DNA of 23,212 nucleotides from Elusimicrobiota bacterium (GTDB lineage: Bacteria > CG03 > SLGR01 > JBDRKX01), in the NCBI GenBank assembly GCA_043813605.1, contig JBDRKX010000069.1, forward strand, positions 1-23,212, in the 5' to 3' direction. Positions 1 to 8,595 of the stretch are shown piece by piece; positions within the stretch are counted from its first letter, which is position 1, and every line of letters begins with the position of its first letter. The notes beneath the pieces were generated by a model, which worked only from the letters and a program-made list of their open reading frames with translations, searched no databases and was not told the DNA's origin. A program made the position numbers and the translations under genes.

Positions 1-514
1 TGCGACGCGGGCTCGGCCCCACGGCTGCAGGATTAAAATTGCTCTCAACTGCTATTAGAGCTTTAAGTAAAAATGGATCCAGGTCATACTTATAAGCAAT
101 CTCAAGAATAATTGAATCAAATCTATCTTTTCTTGAACTTCCAGTCGATATATCAAATATCCTGCTTTGTTTTTTTGTATCTTTCGTAACAGTTATAGAT
201 TTTTTCTTCATTATTTTGCTTTTTGAATTTACAATATTTTTCCAATCTTTAATTCTATAAAATATGCCGTAAGCCGCTCTTGAGTCGTTACACGGTAAAA
301 ATGTATAAAATATAAATAAGAGCAGGCTTAATCTGGATAAATTTCCTATATATCTTGACAGATTATTATATGGCATATTTACAAAAGTTAAATGATTATA
401 TGTGTTTGTTCGAAACTTTGGTATATCTTTAATGGCGCCCGCAATACCTGATGCCAGCCTGATTGATAAAATTATTCCTATTTGCAAACTTCTTGCTAAC
501 TTGTTTTTCAACAT
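1..514 (-). CDS. Lytic transglycosylase (SLT domain) with N-terminal hydrophobic segment; 3' end runs off window
   Basis: Own translation of the minus strand from the ATG at 514 gives MLKNKLARSLQIGIILSIRLASG...DSIILEIAYKYDLDPFLLKALIAVESNFNPAAVGPSPRR with no stop before position 1. The E-S motif (AxxxE-S-xFNPxAvS) is characteristic of SLT/MltE-type transglycosylases. Absent from the supplied ORF track because it is truncated by the window edge. Confidence 0.6.
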   Translation of the reverse strand, partial: MLKNKLARSLQIGIILSIRLASGIAGAIKDIPKFRTNTYNHLTFVNMPYNNLSRYIGNLSRLSLLLFIFYTFLPCNDSRAAYGIFYRIKDWKNIVNSKSKIMKKKSITVTKDTKKQSRIFDISTGSSRKDRFDSIILEIAYKYDLDPFLLKALIAVESNFNPAAVGPSPRR

Positions 515-539
515 AAAATATATATAACATTCACACCAT

Positions 540-818
540 TCATCCCATTCTACACCATGCCAAGTTTCTTATTCTGATAATTACATCCGATGTCTTTTTG
601 CGCATATCAGCAATATACCGACAATCAATACAATCCGCATCGTTATTATCATGATCCGGACATCTACACAGCATATCCGCCGCCTTATGTAATTGTTCCG
701 TAAATTCCGCCTTCTCCAGTCCTGTTTCACCGGAATTGATTTTATCTGTAATATTTTTTATTACAGACTCCTGTTTTTGAAATATTAAACACCTTATTCT
801 TGCTCTATTTTCTCTCAT
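540..818 (-). CDS. Hypothetical Cys-rich small protein (92 aa), possible metal-binding
   Basis: ORF track. Contains a CRCPDHDNNDADCIDCRY cluster (CxC-x9-CxxC). Its start overlaps the stop of the upstream gvpJ/K fusion (shared position 818), suggesting translational coupling. No family recognised. Confidence 0.4.
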   Translation of the reverse strand: MRENRARIRCLIFQKQESVIKNITDKINSGETGLEKAEFTEQLHKAADMLCRCPDHDNNDADCIDCRYIADMRKKTSDVIIRIRNLAWCRMG

Positions 819-1351
819 TACATTAAATTTCCAAGAGGCCCCAGGTCTATATTCATGTCCTCATCGCTTATGCCGAAGACGGCCTGCACTTCCTGAAGCT
901 TTTTTTTGACAGCCTTGAGGCTCAAACCCAGCTTTTGAGTTTCGACGTCGGAAAGAGAGCCTCTTTTAACCCTTCTAAAAGCCTCCCTTTCCATTACCTT
1001 CCTTATAAGTTCGATCACGCACAATATCAGTTTGGCCAGCCCCTGTTCTGTCTCAGTGGGACTGTCAGCATTGATAAGTTTCGGTATATTTTCTTCGGCT
1101 CTCTTTATCTCGTATTGGAGTCTGTTTATATACTCGGCATCTTCCCTGCTGAGCTCTTCATTTTGAGGACTGAATCTTTTACCCGACAACTCTTCCGCTT
1201 TTGATATTGAAGTAAGAACAAGCCTGAGCCCCAGAAAAACCAGGTCGACGTCAGCTACCCTTATGGTCATTTCTCCGTTTATCACGGCCCCTTTATCAAT
1301 AACCGTATCCAGGGCGTCCGCCAGTGTTACATTATCGCTTCTTCTTGCCAT
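818..1351 (-). CDS. gvpJK: Gas vesicle protein, GvpJ/GvpA-like N-terminal domain fused to GvpK-like C-terminal domain
   Basis: N-terminus LADALDTVIDKGAVINGEMTIRVADVDLVFLGLRLVLTSISKAEEL matches the GvpA/J/M core. C-terminus LAKLILCVIELIRKVMEREAFRRVKRGSLSDVETQKLGLSLKAVKKKLQEV...DLGPLGNL matches the GvpK signature (LxLvLtvvELLRqLmErQAlRR ... LDLGPLG). Confidence 0.8.
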   Translation of the reverse strand: MARRSDNVTLADALDTVIDKGAVINGEMTIRVADVDLVFLGLRLVLTSISKAEELSGKRFSPQNEELSREDAEYINRLQYEIKRAEENIPKLINADSPTETEQGLAKLILCVIELIRKVMEREAFRRVKRGSLSDVETQKLGLSLKAVKKKLQEVQAVFGISDEDMNIDLGPLGNLM

Positions 1352-1360
1352 TTTCTTGTC

Positions 1361-2164
1361 CTATAAAAAGCTGTAAGCGGGCCACGGCCCGCTGTATTCA
1401 AGATAAAAACCTTTTTCTTTTACCTTGTTATTCAGAGTTTCAGCATAATCCTTGAAATGTCCTGTTTTTTCCGAATCAATCAGGTAGGCCGTATTCGATA
1501 TCATCGGTTCCGCTTTTCCCGTAAGCGCTTTATTAAGGACCTTATTTTCGGACGAATCCTCCGCCAGGCTGTTAAATCCTGCAAATATCTCTCCGGCAAT
1601 AAGACTTATTTCCTTATCCTTCTCACTTATCATATTATCCTTCAGTTCTTCTTCCATAAAAAAAGCCAGGCCTTCAGGTATTGGCTTCGATTCTTCGTCT
1701 TTTTTTTCTGATGTTCTATTTTTATCTATGATTATCTGTTCAAGTTTTTTTCCATCTCCGAGATACGCCTTCACGCTCCATTCCTGTCTGTTTCTGATCT
1801 TATCCAGAAATTTTCTGAATTCAGCATAGTCTTTTTTCAGGCATTTCTTTAGACTTATTTTCCCCTTGAAAACAGCGCCGAATCTCATCGGGATCAAATC
1901 TATGACGCCGCTCTCCGTTTTCATAACTTCTTCTATGACTCTTTCATGAGCGACAGCTTTTTCTTTTATCCATTGCAGGTCATCTTTAGCTTTCTTCTGA
2001 ATTTCTTCCATATTAAATATTCCCGGATCTATTCCGCTTACAATCGCCGCCAGATCTTTGTATATGATCTGATAAACTATGTTTTTCCCATCTATGCCTC
2101 TTATTTTCATATCGAGATCTATTCCGGTATTATCTCTTATGCAGTAAAGATATATATCGCTCAT
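1361..2164 (-). CDS. gvpL: Gas vesicle protein GvpL/GvpF family (paralogue 4)
   Basis: Motifs IYLYCI (YxYgI), AHERVIEEVM, PMRFGAVF and C-terminal EYSGPWPAYSF are typical of GvpF/L. Confidence 0.8.
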   Translation of the reverse strand: MSDIYLYCIRDNTGIDLDMKIRGIDGKNIVYQIIYKDLAAIVSGIDPGIFNMEEIQKKAKDDLQWIKEKAVAHERVIEEVMKTESGVIDLIPMRFGAVFKGKISLKKCLKKDYAEFRKFLDKIRNRQEWSVKAYLGDGKKLEQIIIDKNRTSEKKDEESKPIPEGLAFFMEEELKDNMISEKDKEISLIAGEIFAGFNSLAEDSSENKVLNKALTGKAEPMISNTAYLIDSEKTGHFKDYAETLNNKVKEKGFYLEYSGPWPAYSFL

Positions 2165-2165
2165 A

Positions 2166-2432
2166 TTATTTTACTCCGGCTAGTTCCGCCCTTTTGCTTT
2201 CGTACGCATGGATCTCCATATTACCATCCATTTTAATCTCGTATATATTTCTATCCTTCACGTGTACAGGCAATCCCAGAGACTTTACAAGTGAGCTGGC
2301 TTCATAGCCTTCCGCCTCGGCTTCCCATCCGCTGCCGACTTCTGTTACTTTGGTAATTTTTGGATTTTCAACATGCAATGACCTTTCTAAAAACTCAATG
2401 ATCCGCTTTTGAACCGTTTCAAAATTTCCCAT
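2166..2432 (-). CDS. Hypothetical small protein (88 aa) embedded in gvp operon
   Basis: ORF track. Tightly packed between gvpL and the gvpG duplicate. No motif recognised with confidence; may be a small gvp accessory protein (GvpO/R-like?). Confidence 0.4.
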   Translation of the reverse strand: MGNFETVQKRIIEFLERSLHVENPKITKVTEVGSGWEAEAEGYEASSLVKSLGLPVHVKDRNIYEIKMDGNMEIHAYESKRAELAGVK

Positions 2433-2436
2433 TTTA

Positions 2437-2565
2437 GTCCCTCCCTCTTATTTTACCTTCTTCATTTTTTCTGATTTCATCACGCCGGATAAGAAGTTCT
2501 TCTTCCATTTCGTCATATTCCTCTTCACCTATTTCATCAAATCCGAATTCCAGCTGAATTTCCAT
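2437..2565 (-). CDS. Truncated GvpG-like paralogue (42 aa) arising from partial tandem duplication; possibly a pseudogene
   Basis: Own translation: MEIQLEFGFDEIGEEEYDEMEEELLIRRDEIRKNEEGKIRGRD. This parallels the C-terminal half of GvpG (MELQMRFEIDEISEEEYNSRESEILVLLDEIRKRKESEK). A perfect AGGAGG sits 5 nt upstream (plus strand cctcct at 2571-2576). Below the 60-aa cutoff of the ORF track. Confidence 0.4.
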
Positions 2566-2730
2566 AAATTCCTCCTTTTTTTATTTAATTCCAGATTACT
2601 TTTCACTTTCTTTTCTTTTTCTGATTTCATCCAGCAGAACAAGGATTTCACTTTCCCGCGAGTTATATTCCTCTTCACTTATTTCATCAATTTCAAATCT
2701 CATTTGGAGCTCCATAAGTTCTTCTTTTAT
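2455..2730. repeat. About 150-bp tandem direct repeat covering the 3' half of gvpG and its truncated copy
   Basis: Near-identical strings at fixed 150-bp offset: tttctgatttcatc at 2468 and 2618; tattcctcttcac(c/t)tatttcatcaa at 2515 and 2665. Confidence 0.6.
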
Positions 2731-2835
2731 CTTTCCTTCATCAGTTGCTTCCTGCTCTGCCATATCATTGATCTTAGACCCGAGCCACATTACACCCTTT
2801 ACCGGAGCCAGCAGTATATCATCAATCAGAAACAT
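2596..2835 (-). CDS. gvpG: Gas vesicle protein GvpG
   Basis: N-terminus MFLIDDILLAPVKGVMWL matches the GvpG signature MFLvDDLLvrP. Acidic coiled C-terminus and 79 aa length are typical. Confidence 0.75.
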   Translation of the reverse strand: MFLIDDILLAPVKGVMWLGSKINDMAEQEATDEGKIKEELMELQMRFEIDEISEEEYNSRESEILVLLDEIRKRKESEK

Positions 2836-3754
2836 CCTGATATTCCTTTGTGTTTATAACTATGTTTATAAAATTAAACGGCGGCACGGTAGTTATGTAT
2901 TTGAATTTGATTTTATACCCGTATTCTTCATCAAGATCGTAGATCTTACGGTCAAATTCCTCTTCTATCTGCCTTTCAATGTAAAAGGCCGCATTAACGA
3001 TCATCCGGTCCCCGTAGGATTTATTCGCCCTGACATCCACCGCAAGAGGCGACAGCGTATCCATAATATTTTTTTCATGTTCCTCTTTTTCCTGTTCAAG
3101 CGCGGCTTCCACCAGTCTTCCTATCTCGACACACTGGTAGTAGTTTTTCCCCGGAGGCAGTTTCTCCGCTTTTATTTTCAATGCTTTTATCTCTTCATTT
3201 TTTTCCATTACCTCTTCATACACAATATCCATATCAAATAAGGCCCTGAGACCCAGTTCTTTCCTGTTTTCATTCTGCTCAAGGAGGTCTTTGAAATTAT
3301 CGTATGTCTTTTCCAGTATACGCATGATCTTATTTTCATCTTCAGCGATAGTATTGAATCTGACCGGGAGTACATTGTACTGTTTCATCACCTGTTCAAT
3401 CGCTCTTTCATGCGAAATAAGATTGTCCCTTGAAGTCGAATACTCTGATAAAGGCGAATCGCTTACAACAGCAGCGATGTCATTAAAACTGACAGTATAT
3501 ACGACATCTCTCCTGCCTCCGATTCCCAGCTGCCCGAAAGTTTCGGGTTTATCGGTCGGGATAATACAATATATATATTTTGCGTCCTTTACCCCGTTAG
3601 AAACGCCTCCAACTTCAATAGGGGGTACATCAACAATCTCAGACGGCGGTTTAACGCCGCCGCCTTCTTTCGCGCAAAGTGCGCCTGTTCTAACGGGGTT
3701 TACATCTGTTTCCATATCACATCTCCCACTCTTTAGGAGAAATTCTAAAATCAA
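2822..3754 (-). CDS. gvpL: Gas vesicle protein GvpF/GvpL family (paralogue 3) with N-terminal Gly/Pro-rich extension
   Basis: KYIYCII, SHERAIEQVM, LPVRFNT, NAAFYIER and C-terminal VPPFNF. The internal Met (METDV, start near 3715) would abut the upstream stop instead of overlapping it by 38 nt; the alternative start is plausible. Confidence 0.8.
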   Translation of the reverse strand: MILEFLLKSGRCDMETDVNPVRTGALCAKEGGGVKPPSEIVDVPPIEVGGVSNGVKDAKYIYCIIPTDKPETFGQLGIGGRRDVVYTVSFNDIAAVVSDSPLSEYSTSRDNLISHERAIEQVMKQYNVLPVRFNTIAEDENKIMRILEKTYDNFKDLLEQNENRKELGLRALFDMDIVYEEVMEKNEEIKALKIKAEKLPPGKNYYQCVEIGRLVEAALEQEKEEHEKNIMDTLSPLAVDVRANKSYGDRMIVNAAFYIERQIEEEFDRKIYDLDEEYGYKIKFKYITTVPPFNFINIVINTKEYQDVSD

Positions 3755-4484
3755 TAAAATTGAACACCGGCCAGGCTCCGGTATACATAAACTTTATATT
3801 TTTCTTATATTTCTCAGCTAACTCGTCCATTATGTTGTCAAATTCTTTTTCTCTGCCTTTATCTATAAGAAAAGCGGCATTCATAAACATCTCATCATTT
3901 CTAGTATCGTTTAGTTTGTAATCCAGAAAAGCTATTTTTAAGGCATCTAAGATTTCCCGGGCAGCCTCTGTTTTTTTCTCTTTCAGCGCGCTCTGGACCA
4001 TTTTTCCCGTCTCTATTTTTGCCTTTATGCTTTTGCCGGCGGCGTTCTCAAGGTTCTCCTTCAATTCCCTGATTTTATTATTCTCTTTAACTATTTCTTT
4101 ATACACGTTGCCCATGCTCTTCCACGTTCCGCTTACATTAAACTCTACCATGTGTTTGATATCCTTCAAAAGAGTTTTAAATTCATGGTATCTTCTGGAC
4201 AAAAGATCCCTTACCTCTTCTGCATTCGCAGCAATAGTACCAAACCGCACAGGAAGAACGCAGTCAAACTCCTTCATCACTTCTTCTATCACTCTTTCAT
4301 GCGCCAGCATATTCGCATTACTCGCAGAGATTTCTTCTGTCAGGAAATTGCTTACAACCACGCTCAAATCCATATATCCGATAGTTAAGACATCGTCTCC
4401 TCTCAGGCCTATACCGATAGGCCCGAAATTTCTTTCCTGCCGGGTCTCTATGATGCAGTAAATATATCTTCCTTCTTTAGTCAT
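3717..4484 (-). CDS. gvpF: Gas vesicle protein GvpF (paralogue 2)
   Basis: RYIYCII, AHERVIEEVM, LPVRFGTI, NAAFLIDK, GAWPVFNF. Canonical GvpF architecture and length (255 aa). Confidence 0.85.
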   Translation of the reverse strand: MTKEGRYIYCIIETRQERNFGPIGIGLRGDDVLTIGYMDLSVVVSNFLTEEISASNANMLAHERVIEEVMKEFDCVLPVRFGTIAANAEEVRDLLSRRYHEFKTLLKDIKHMVEFNVSGTWKSMGNVYKEIVKENNKIRELKENLENAAGKSIKAKIETGKMVQSALKEKKTEAAREILDALKIAFLDYKLNDTRNDEMFMNAAFLIDKGREKEFDNIMDELAEKYKKNIKFMYTGAWPVFNFIDFRISPKEWEM

Positions 4485-4485
4485 T

Positions 4486-5523
4486 TTATTCCATCACCTG
4501 CACCAGCAGGGCGCTTTTCTCAAAATCTTCTTTCCTGAAAGAACACCTTTCTTCCTGGCAATACTCCATAAGTACCTTGTAAGCATTCGCGGTATTGCCG
4601 AACTTATTCCCGCTGTCATCAGGATTTCTATCCGGATGGGTCAACAGAGCGGACTTCCGGTAGGCTTTTTTTATCTCATCCCTGTTCGAATAGTCCTGCA
4701 GCCCGAGCAGGTTTTTCGCGCTGCATATTTCTTCAAACGGCATCTTTTTTATTCCAAGCGTACAAAAATTGTAAGGCGGAAGAGGGCCCACGCATCTGAA
4801 ATTGACTTTATCGTTAAATTCCATGTCCAGCTTTTCGACAACGGAATCAAACTTCTCCTGCTGGTCCTTATCCACCGAACAGGCTATATTGATGATCATG
4901 CTCTCATCCATGACTTCATTTATCTTAAAACCCTGTACAATGTTTTCCAGCGTTTTCTGTATTTGACCGGCATATTTCCCTCTCTTTGTATTTAAAGCTT
5001 TCTTTACCATAAATCCCACCTGCATCTGATCTTCTATTGTTATTCCTTCAGGCTTGGATAAGAGAGTCTCTTTCAATGCCACGATCTCAGGTTCCCGGCT
5101 TGCTTCCTGCAGCGCTGAATTAAAATCGCTCCATACTGCGACTACATCGACTTCTACAATATTTTCTATCTTTCTGAAAACATCTTTGATTACGCCGTAT
5201 CCTTTTTCCAGCGCTTCGCTCACTTCGTCCTCGCCGCATACAATTGTCCCAATACTTACCGGCATGACAGGATAATACTTCATTATCTTCTCTACTATTA
5301 TCTGGTGACCGAGCAATATTTTGGCAAGAGATTCTTTGTTCATATTTCTGAGATCCGTGACTTCCGAATCACTGATTAAAGCTGATATATCCTGAAAACT
5401 TACAGCGCTGACCCTTTCCGCCTGCAGAATATTCATCATTTCTATCGACGGACTTCCGGTATTGATTATCCCGTAAATATATTTTCCCGTTACATTCAGC
5501 ATATCAGGCCTTCCTTTTTTCAT
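4486..5523 (-). CDS. GvpF/L-like protein with C-terminal J-domain (DnaJ-type, HPD motif)
   Basis: The first 270 aa carry GvpF/L motifs (KYIYGII, PVMPVSIGTI, GPLPPYNF). The C-terminus DYSNRDEIKKAYRKSALLTHPDRNPDD...KFGNTANAYKVL is a J-domain helix II-HPD-helix III. Confidence 0.8.
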   Translation of the reverse strand: MKKGRPDMLNVTGKYIYGIINTGSPSIEMMNILQAERVSAVSFQDISALISDSEVTDLRNMNKESLAKILLGHQIIVEKIMKYYPVMPVSIGTIVCGEDEVSEALEKGYGVIKDVFRKIENIVEVDVVAVWSDFNSALQEASREPEIVALKETLLSKPEGITIEDQMQVGFMVKKALNTKRGKYAGQIQKTLENIVQGFKINEVMDESMIINIACSVDKDQQEKFDSVVEKLDMEFNDKVNFRCVGPLPPYNFCTLGIKKMPFEEICSAKNLLGLQDYSNRDEIKKAYRKSALLTHPDRNPDDSGNKFGNTANAYKVLMEYCQEERCSFRKEDFEKSALLVQVME

Positions 5524-7657
5524 CGTTATTCTTCATTAACCTGATTGCTTCCAGAAAATGTCCTTTTTTAATAACCGGGTCTTTTTTGCTGTCAGGATTC
5601 TCTATGGCCTCCCTTATCGCAAGAATGGACGCCTTTCTGCAGATATATTCAATATCAGCGCCGGTTTTATTTTCCGTTTCTACGGCTAATTTTTTCAAAT
5701 CTATATCTTTTGCCATAGGTTTTTTACCGGTATGTATTCTGAAAATACTTTCTCTGGTTTTTTCATCGGGCGTCGGAAGTTTTAACAGAATGTCGAATCT
5801 GCCGCTTCTGAGTAAGGCCGGGTCGATAAGATCCAGCCTGTTTGTGGCGGCCAGGACAACCACGCCTTTAAGCTCTTCGATACCGTCCATCTCGGTGAGC
5901 ATCTGGCTGATCACCCGTTCCGCGACATGAGCCCCGTCCCCCGCAGATCCTTTTTTAGGGATCAAAGCGTCGATCTCGTCAAAAAACAGGATTGTTGGAG
6001 AGGCATGCCTGGCTATTTTAAACAGCTCGTGTATCGCCTTTTCGCTTTCCCCTATATATTTGGATATGAGCGACGGCCCTTTTACCGATATAAAGTTCAC
6101 CTTGCTCTCATTGGCCACCGCTTTGGCAAGTAGTGTCTTGCCCGTACCCGGTTCGCCGTAGAGCATAATGCCTTTCGGCGGGTTGGTGTCCATCTTTTTA
6201 AAAATATCCGGATATTTTATTGGCCACTCTACGGCCTCTTTCAGTTCCGCCTTCTCATTTTCCAGGCCTCCTATATCTTCCCATTTGACATCCGGCACTT
6301 CTATAAAATATTCCCGTACCGCCGAGGGTTCCACTTCTTTCATGGCCTCCATGAAATTATCCATGGTCACTTCCAGCTGAAGCAGTGTCTCATAAGGTAT
6401 ATCCGCCATCTCAAAATCTATTACAGGCAGGATCTTTCTCAGGGCTACCATGGCCGCTTCCCTTGCCAGAGCTTCCAGGTCAGCCCCGACAAATCCGTGC
6501 GTTATCTCCGCTATCTTCTGCATGCTCACATCTTCAGAAAGGGGCATTCCCCGGGTATGTATATGCAGGATATCGAGCCTTCCGTTCTTATCGGGTATAG
6601 GCACCGCTATTTCCCTGTCGAACCGCCCCGGCCTCCGGAGCGCCGGATCTATAGTATTGGGAATATTTGTGGCGCCTATTACTATTACATGGCCCCTGGA
6701 TTCCAGCCCGTCCATGAGCGACAGGAGTTGGGCGACGACCCTCCGTTCCACCTGTTTTTCTCCTCCCATGTCTTCTCTTTTTGGCGCTATTGCGTCTATT
6801 TCGTCTATAAATATTATCGCGGGCGCGTTTTTCTGGGCCTCTTCAAAAATACTCCTTAACCGGCCCTCGCTTTCGCCATAGAATTTCCCCATGATCTCCG
6901 GGCCGGATATGTGGGTGAAAAATGCGTCCGTCTCGTGGGCTACAGCCCGGGCTGTCAATGTCTTCCCTGTACCGGGAGGTCCGTATAGAAAAACTCCTTT
7001 TGGAGCTTCTACCCCTAACCGTTCGAATACTTCAGGATATTTCAGCGGGAGCTCTATCATCTCACGTATTCTCTGTACCTGAGGGCCCAATCCCCCTACA
7101 TCCTCGTACGATATTTTAATCGGGCCGGCTTTTTCCGACAGATTTGTCTTTACCTTTATCACGCTTGCGGAATCTACAATGACATTGCCGCAGGGACTTG
7201 TATCTGTTACCTTGAAATCACACCATCTCGATCCGAAGAGAGTAACTCTCACTCTGTCCCCGGCCGACACAGGTAAACCTTCAAGAAGGGAACCGATGTA
7301 TTTCGCGTCCTTATCCCTCTCAAGCAGGCTGGATACGGTTAAAGGTTCAATACTGATCTTTTGAGCCGGATTATATTCAGCTTTATGTACCTTTAGTTTC
7401 TCATCCAGCCCCACCCCTGCGTTATCTCTGGATATCCCGTCAATCTGAATGATCTTTTTTCCTCTATCTTCGCTATAAAGCGGCATTGCCTTTGCGGGAG
7501 TCTTTCTTTTTCCTTCTATCTCTATTATCTCTCCCACTTCTATATTGAGTAACTTCATATCTTCAGGGCCGATCCTGGCTATCGCCCTTCCTACGCTGTT
7601 CGGGAGAGCCTCCTGCACTTTTAAACTTATTGATTTATCTTTCTGTTTTGTATTCAT
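5504..7657 (-). CDS. Cdc48/VCP/VAT-like AAA+ ATPase (N-domain plus D1 and D2 AAA modules)
   Basis: Two Walker A sites, [17 protein letters not shown] and [17 protein letters not shown]. Two Walker B sites, [10 protein letters not shown] and [10 protein letters not shown]. Arginine fingers [13 protein letters not shown] and [10 protein letters not shown]. An N-terminal region of about 180 aa precedes D1. Confidence 0.9.
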   Translation of the reverse strand: MNTKQKDKSISLKVQEALPNSVGRAIARIGPEDMKLLNIEVGEIIEIEGKRKTPAKAMPLYSEDRGKKIIQIDGISRDNAGVGLDEKLKVHKAEYNPAQKISIEPLTVSSLLERDKDAKYIGSLLEGLPVSAGDRVRVTLFGSRWCDFKVTDTSPCGNVIVDSASVIKVKTNLSEKAGPIKISYEDVGGLGPQVQRIREMIELPLKYPEVFERLGVEAPKGVFLYGPPGTGKTLTARAVAHETDAFFTHISGPEIMGKFYGESEGRLRSIFEEAQKNAPAIIFIDEIDAIAPKREDMGGEKQVERRVVAQLLSLMDGLESRGHVIVIGATNIPNTIDPALRRPGRFDREIAVPIPDKNGRLDILHIHTRGMPLSEDVSMQKIAEITHGFVGADLEALAREAAMVALRKILPVIDFEMADIPYETLLQLEVTMDNFMEAMKEVEPSAVREYFIEVPDVKWEDIGGLENEKAELKEAVEWPIKYPDIFKKMDTNPPKGIMLYGEPGTGKTLLAKAVANESKVNFISVKGPSLISKYIGESEKAIHELFKIARHASPTILFFDEIDALIPKKGSAGDGAHVAERVISQMLTEMDGIEELKGVVVLAATNRLDLIDPALLRSGRFDILLKLPTPDEKTRESIFRIHTGKKPMAKDIDLKKLAVETENKTGADIEYICRKASILAIREAIENPDSKKDPVIKKGHFLEAIRLMKNNDEKRKA

Positions 7658-8589
7658 GAAAATAACAGCTCCTTGAATCCCTTCAACACCTCTATGCCTT
7701 TCACCTCATTTGCCTGCAGCGGGACAATGGTTATTTTAAGCGTATTGAATTTTTCTTTTATCGCTTTTATATATTTCTCCTGGTCCTTTTTTTTAGCCTG
7801 GCAAAAATCGCATTTTCTGGATTCTAAAACATTATTTACTACTAACTGTTTTACATTTATGCCGTATTTATTAAGACTGTTTACCAATCTTTCAGTCTCT
7901 GAAATAGCCATATCTTCCGGTATGGTCACCGGTATAAACTCGCATTTCGAACTGTCTTTCAATATGCTTTCAACTTTTTTTACCGTCTTTTTCAGATCTA
8001 CAAGAAAATGATCGCCTTCATCGGGTTTATAATCTCCGGAAAGCCTTTTTACTATATATCTATACTTCCATCTCATTTGAGCCATTACTTTGATCCAGTC
8101 ATCTAACAGTCCCGGCAGGGTAAGCAGCCTTAAGGCATGCCCGGTGGGTGCGGTATCAACAATATATTTATCGTATCCCGATTTTTCTATTAAATCTACT
8201 ATTGTTTTAAATCCCATAACTTCGTCTAATCCGGGGATAGACAATGCGAACAGGGACTCGATATCTTCATCATCCATATAAGTCGAAGTTCCCAGGATCG
8301 TCTTTATCTCATTCTCATGCTCAATTTTAAATTCTTCAAAGGTCTCTTCTGCGCTTATTTCAAGGCCGCTTAAATGCTCGAAAGTTTTAATCTTTATTAT
8401 TGAATTCCCGATCTTCTGCCCTATACTGTCTGCCAGAGAATGGGCCGGGTCTGTAGATATCATTAAAGTATTATACACTTCCGATAAGTAAATTCCGGCA
8501 CCTGAAGCGCAGGTTGTTTTGCCTACTCCGCCTTTCCCGCCGAACAGAATCAGCTTTAACGAATCTTGTCTTAATCCGGATAAGCTCAC
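7654..8589 (-). CDS. ArsA/Get3-family ATPase
   Basis: Deviant Walker A LFGGKGGVGKTTCAS, ISTDPAHSLADS, switch II VDTAPTGHALRLL, and a CDFC (CxxC) motif near the C-terminus of the type Get3 uses for Zn-mediated dimerisation. The 4-nt ATGA-type overlap with the downstream Cdc48-like gene suggests translational coupling. Confidence 0.8.
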   Translation of the reverse strand: MSLSGLRQDSLKLILFGGKGGVGKTTCASGAGIYLSEVYNTLMISTDPAHSLADSIGQKIGNSIIKIKTFEHLSGLEISAEETFEEFKIEHENEIKTILGTSTYMDDEDIESLFALSIPGLDEVMGFKTIVDLIEKSGYDKYIVDTAPTGHALRLLTLPGLLDDWIKVMAQMRWKYRYIVKRLSGDYKPDEGDHFLVDLKKTVKKVESILKDSSKCEFIPVTIPEDMAISETERLVNSLNKYGINVKQLVVNNVLESRKCDFCQAKKKDQEKYIKAIKEKFNTLKITIVPLQANEVKGIEVLKGFKELLFS

Positions 8590-8595
8590 TGCTTC

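Noticed and set aside
1-40. Abrupt GC-rich stretch at the first 30 nt, a possible mobile-element or island boundary
   Set aside because: It is simply the codons for the conserved PAAVGPSPRR segment of the SLT-domain gene that runs off the window. No inverted repeats or integrase are nearby.
2768-3241. Plus-strand ORFs of 60-180 aa throughout the window (e.g. 2768-3241, 3291-3821, 6450-6881, 10520-10930, 11405-11821, 19831-20379, 20500-21024)
   Set aside because: All lie antisense to long, motif-rich minus-strand genes. They have low-complexity Phe/Leu/Ser-rich translations typical of shadow frames in AT-rich DNA, and none has a convincing RBS or family motif.
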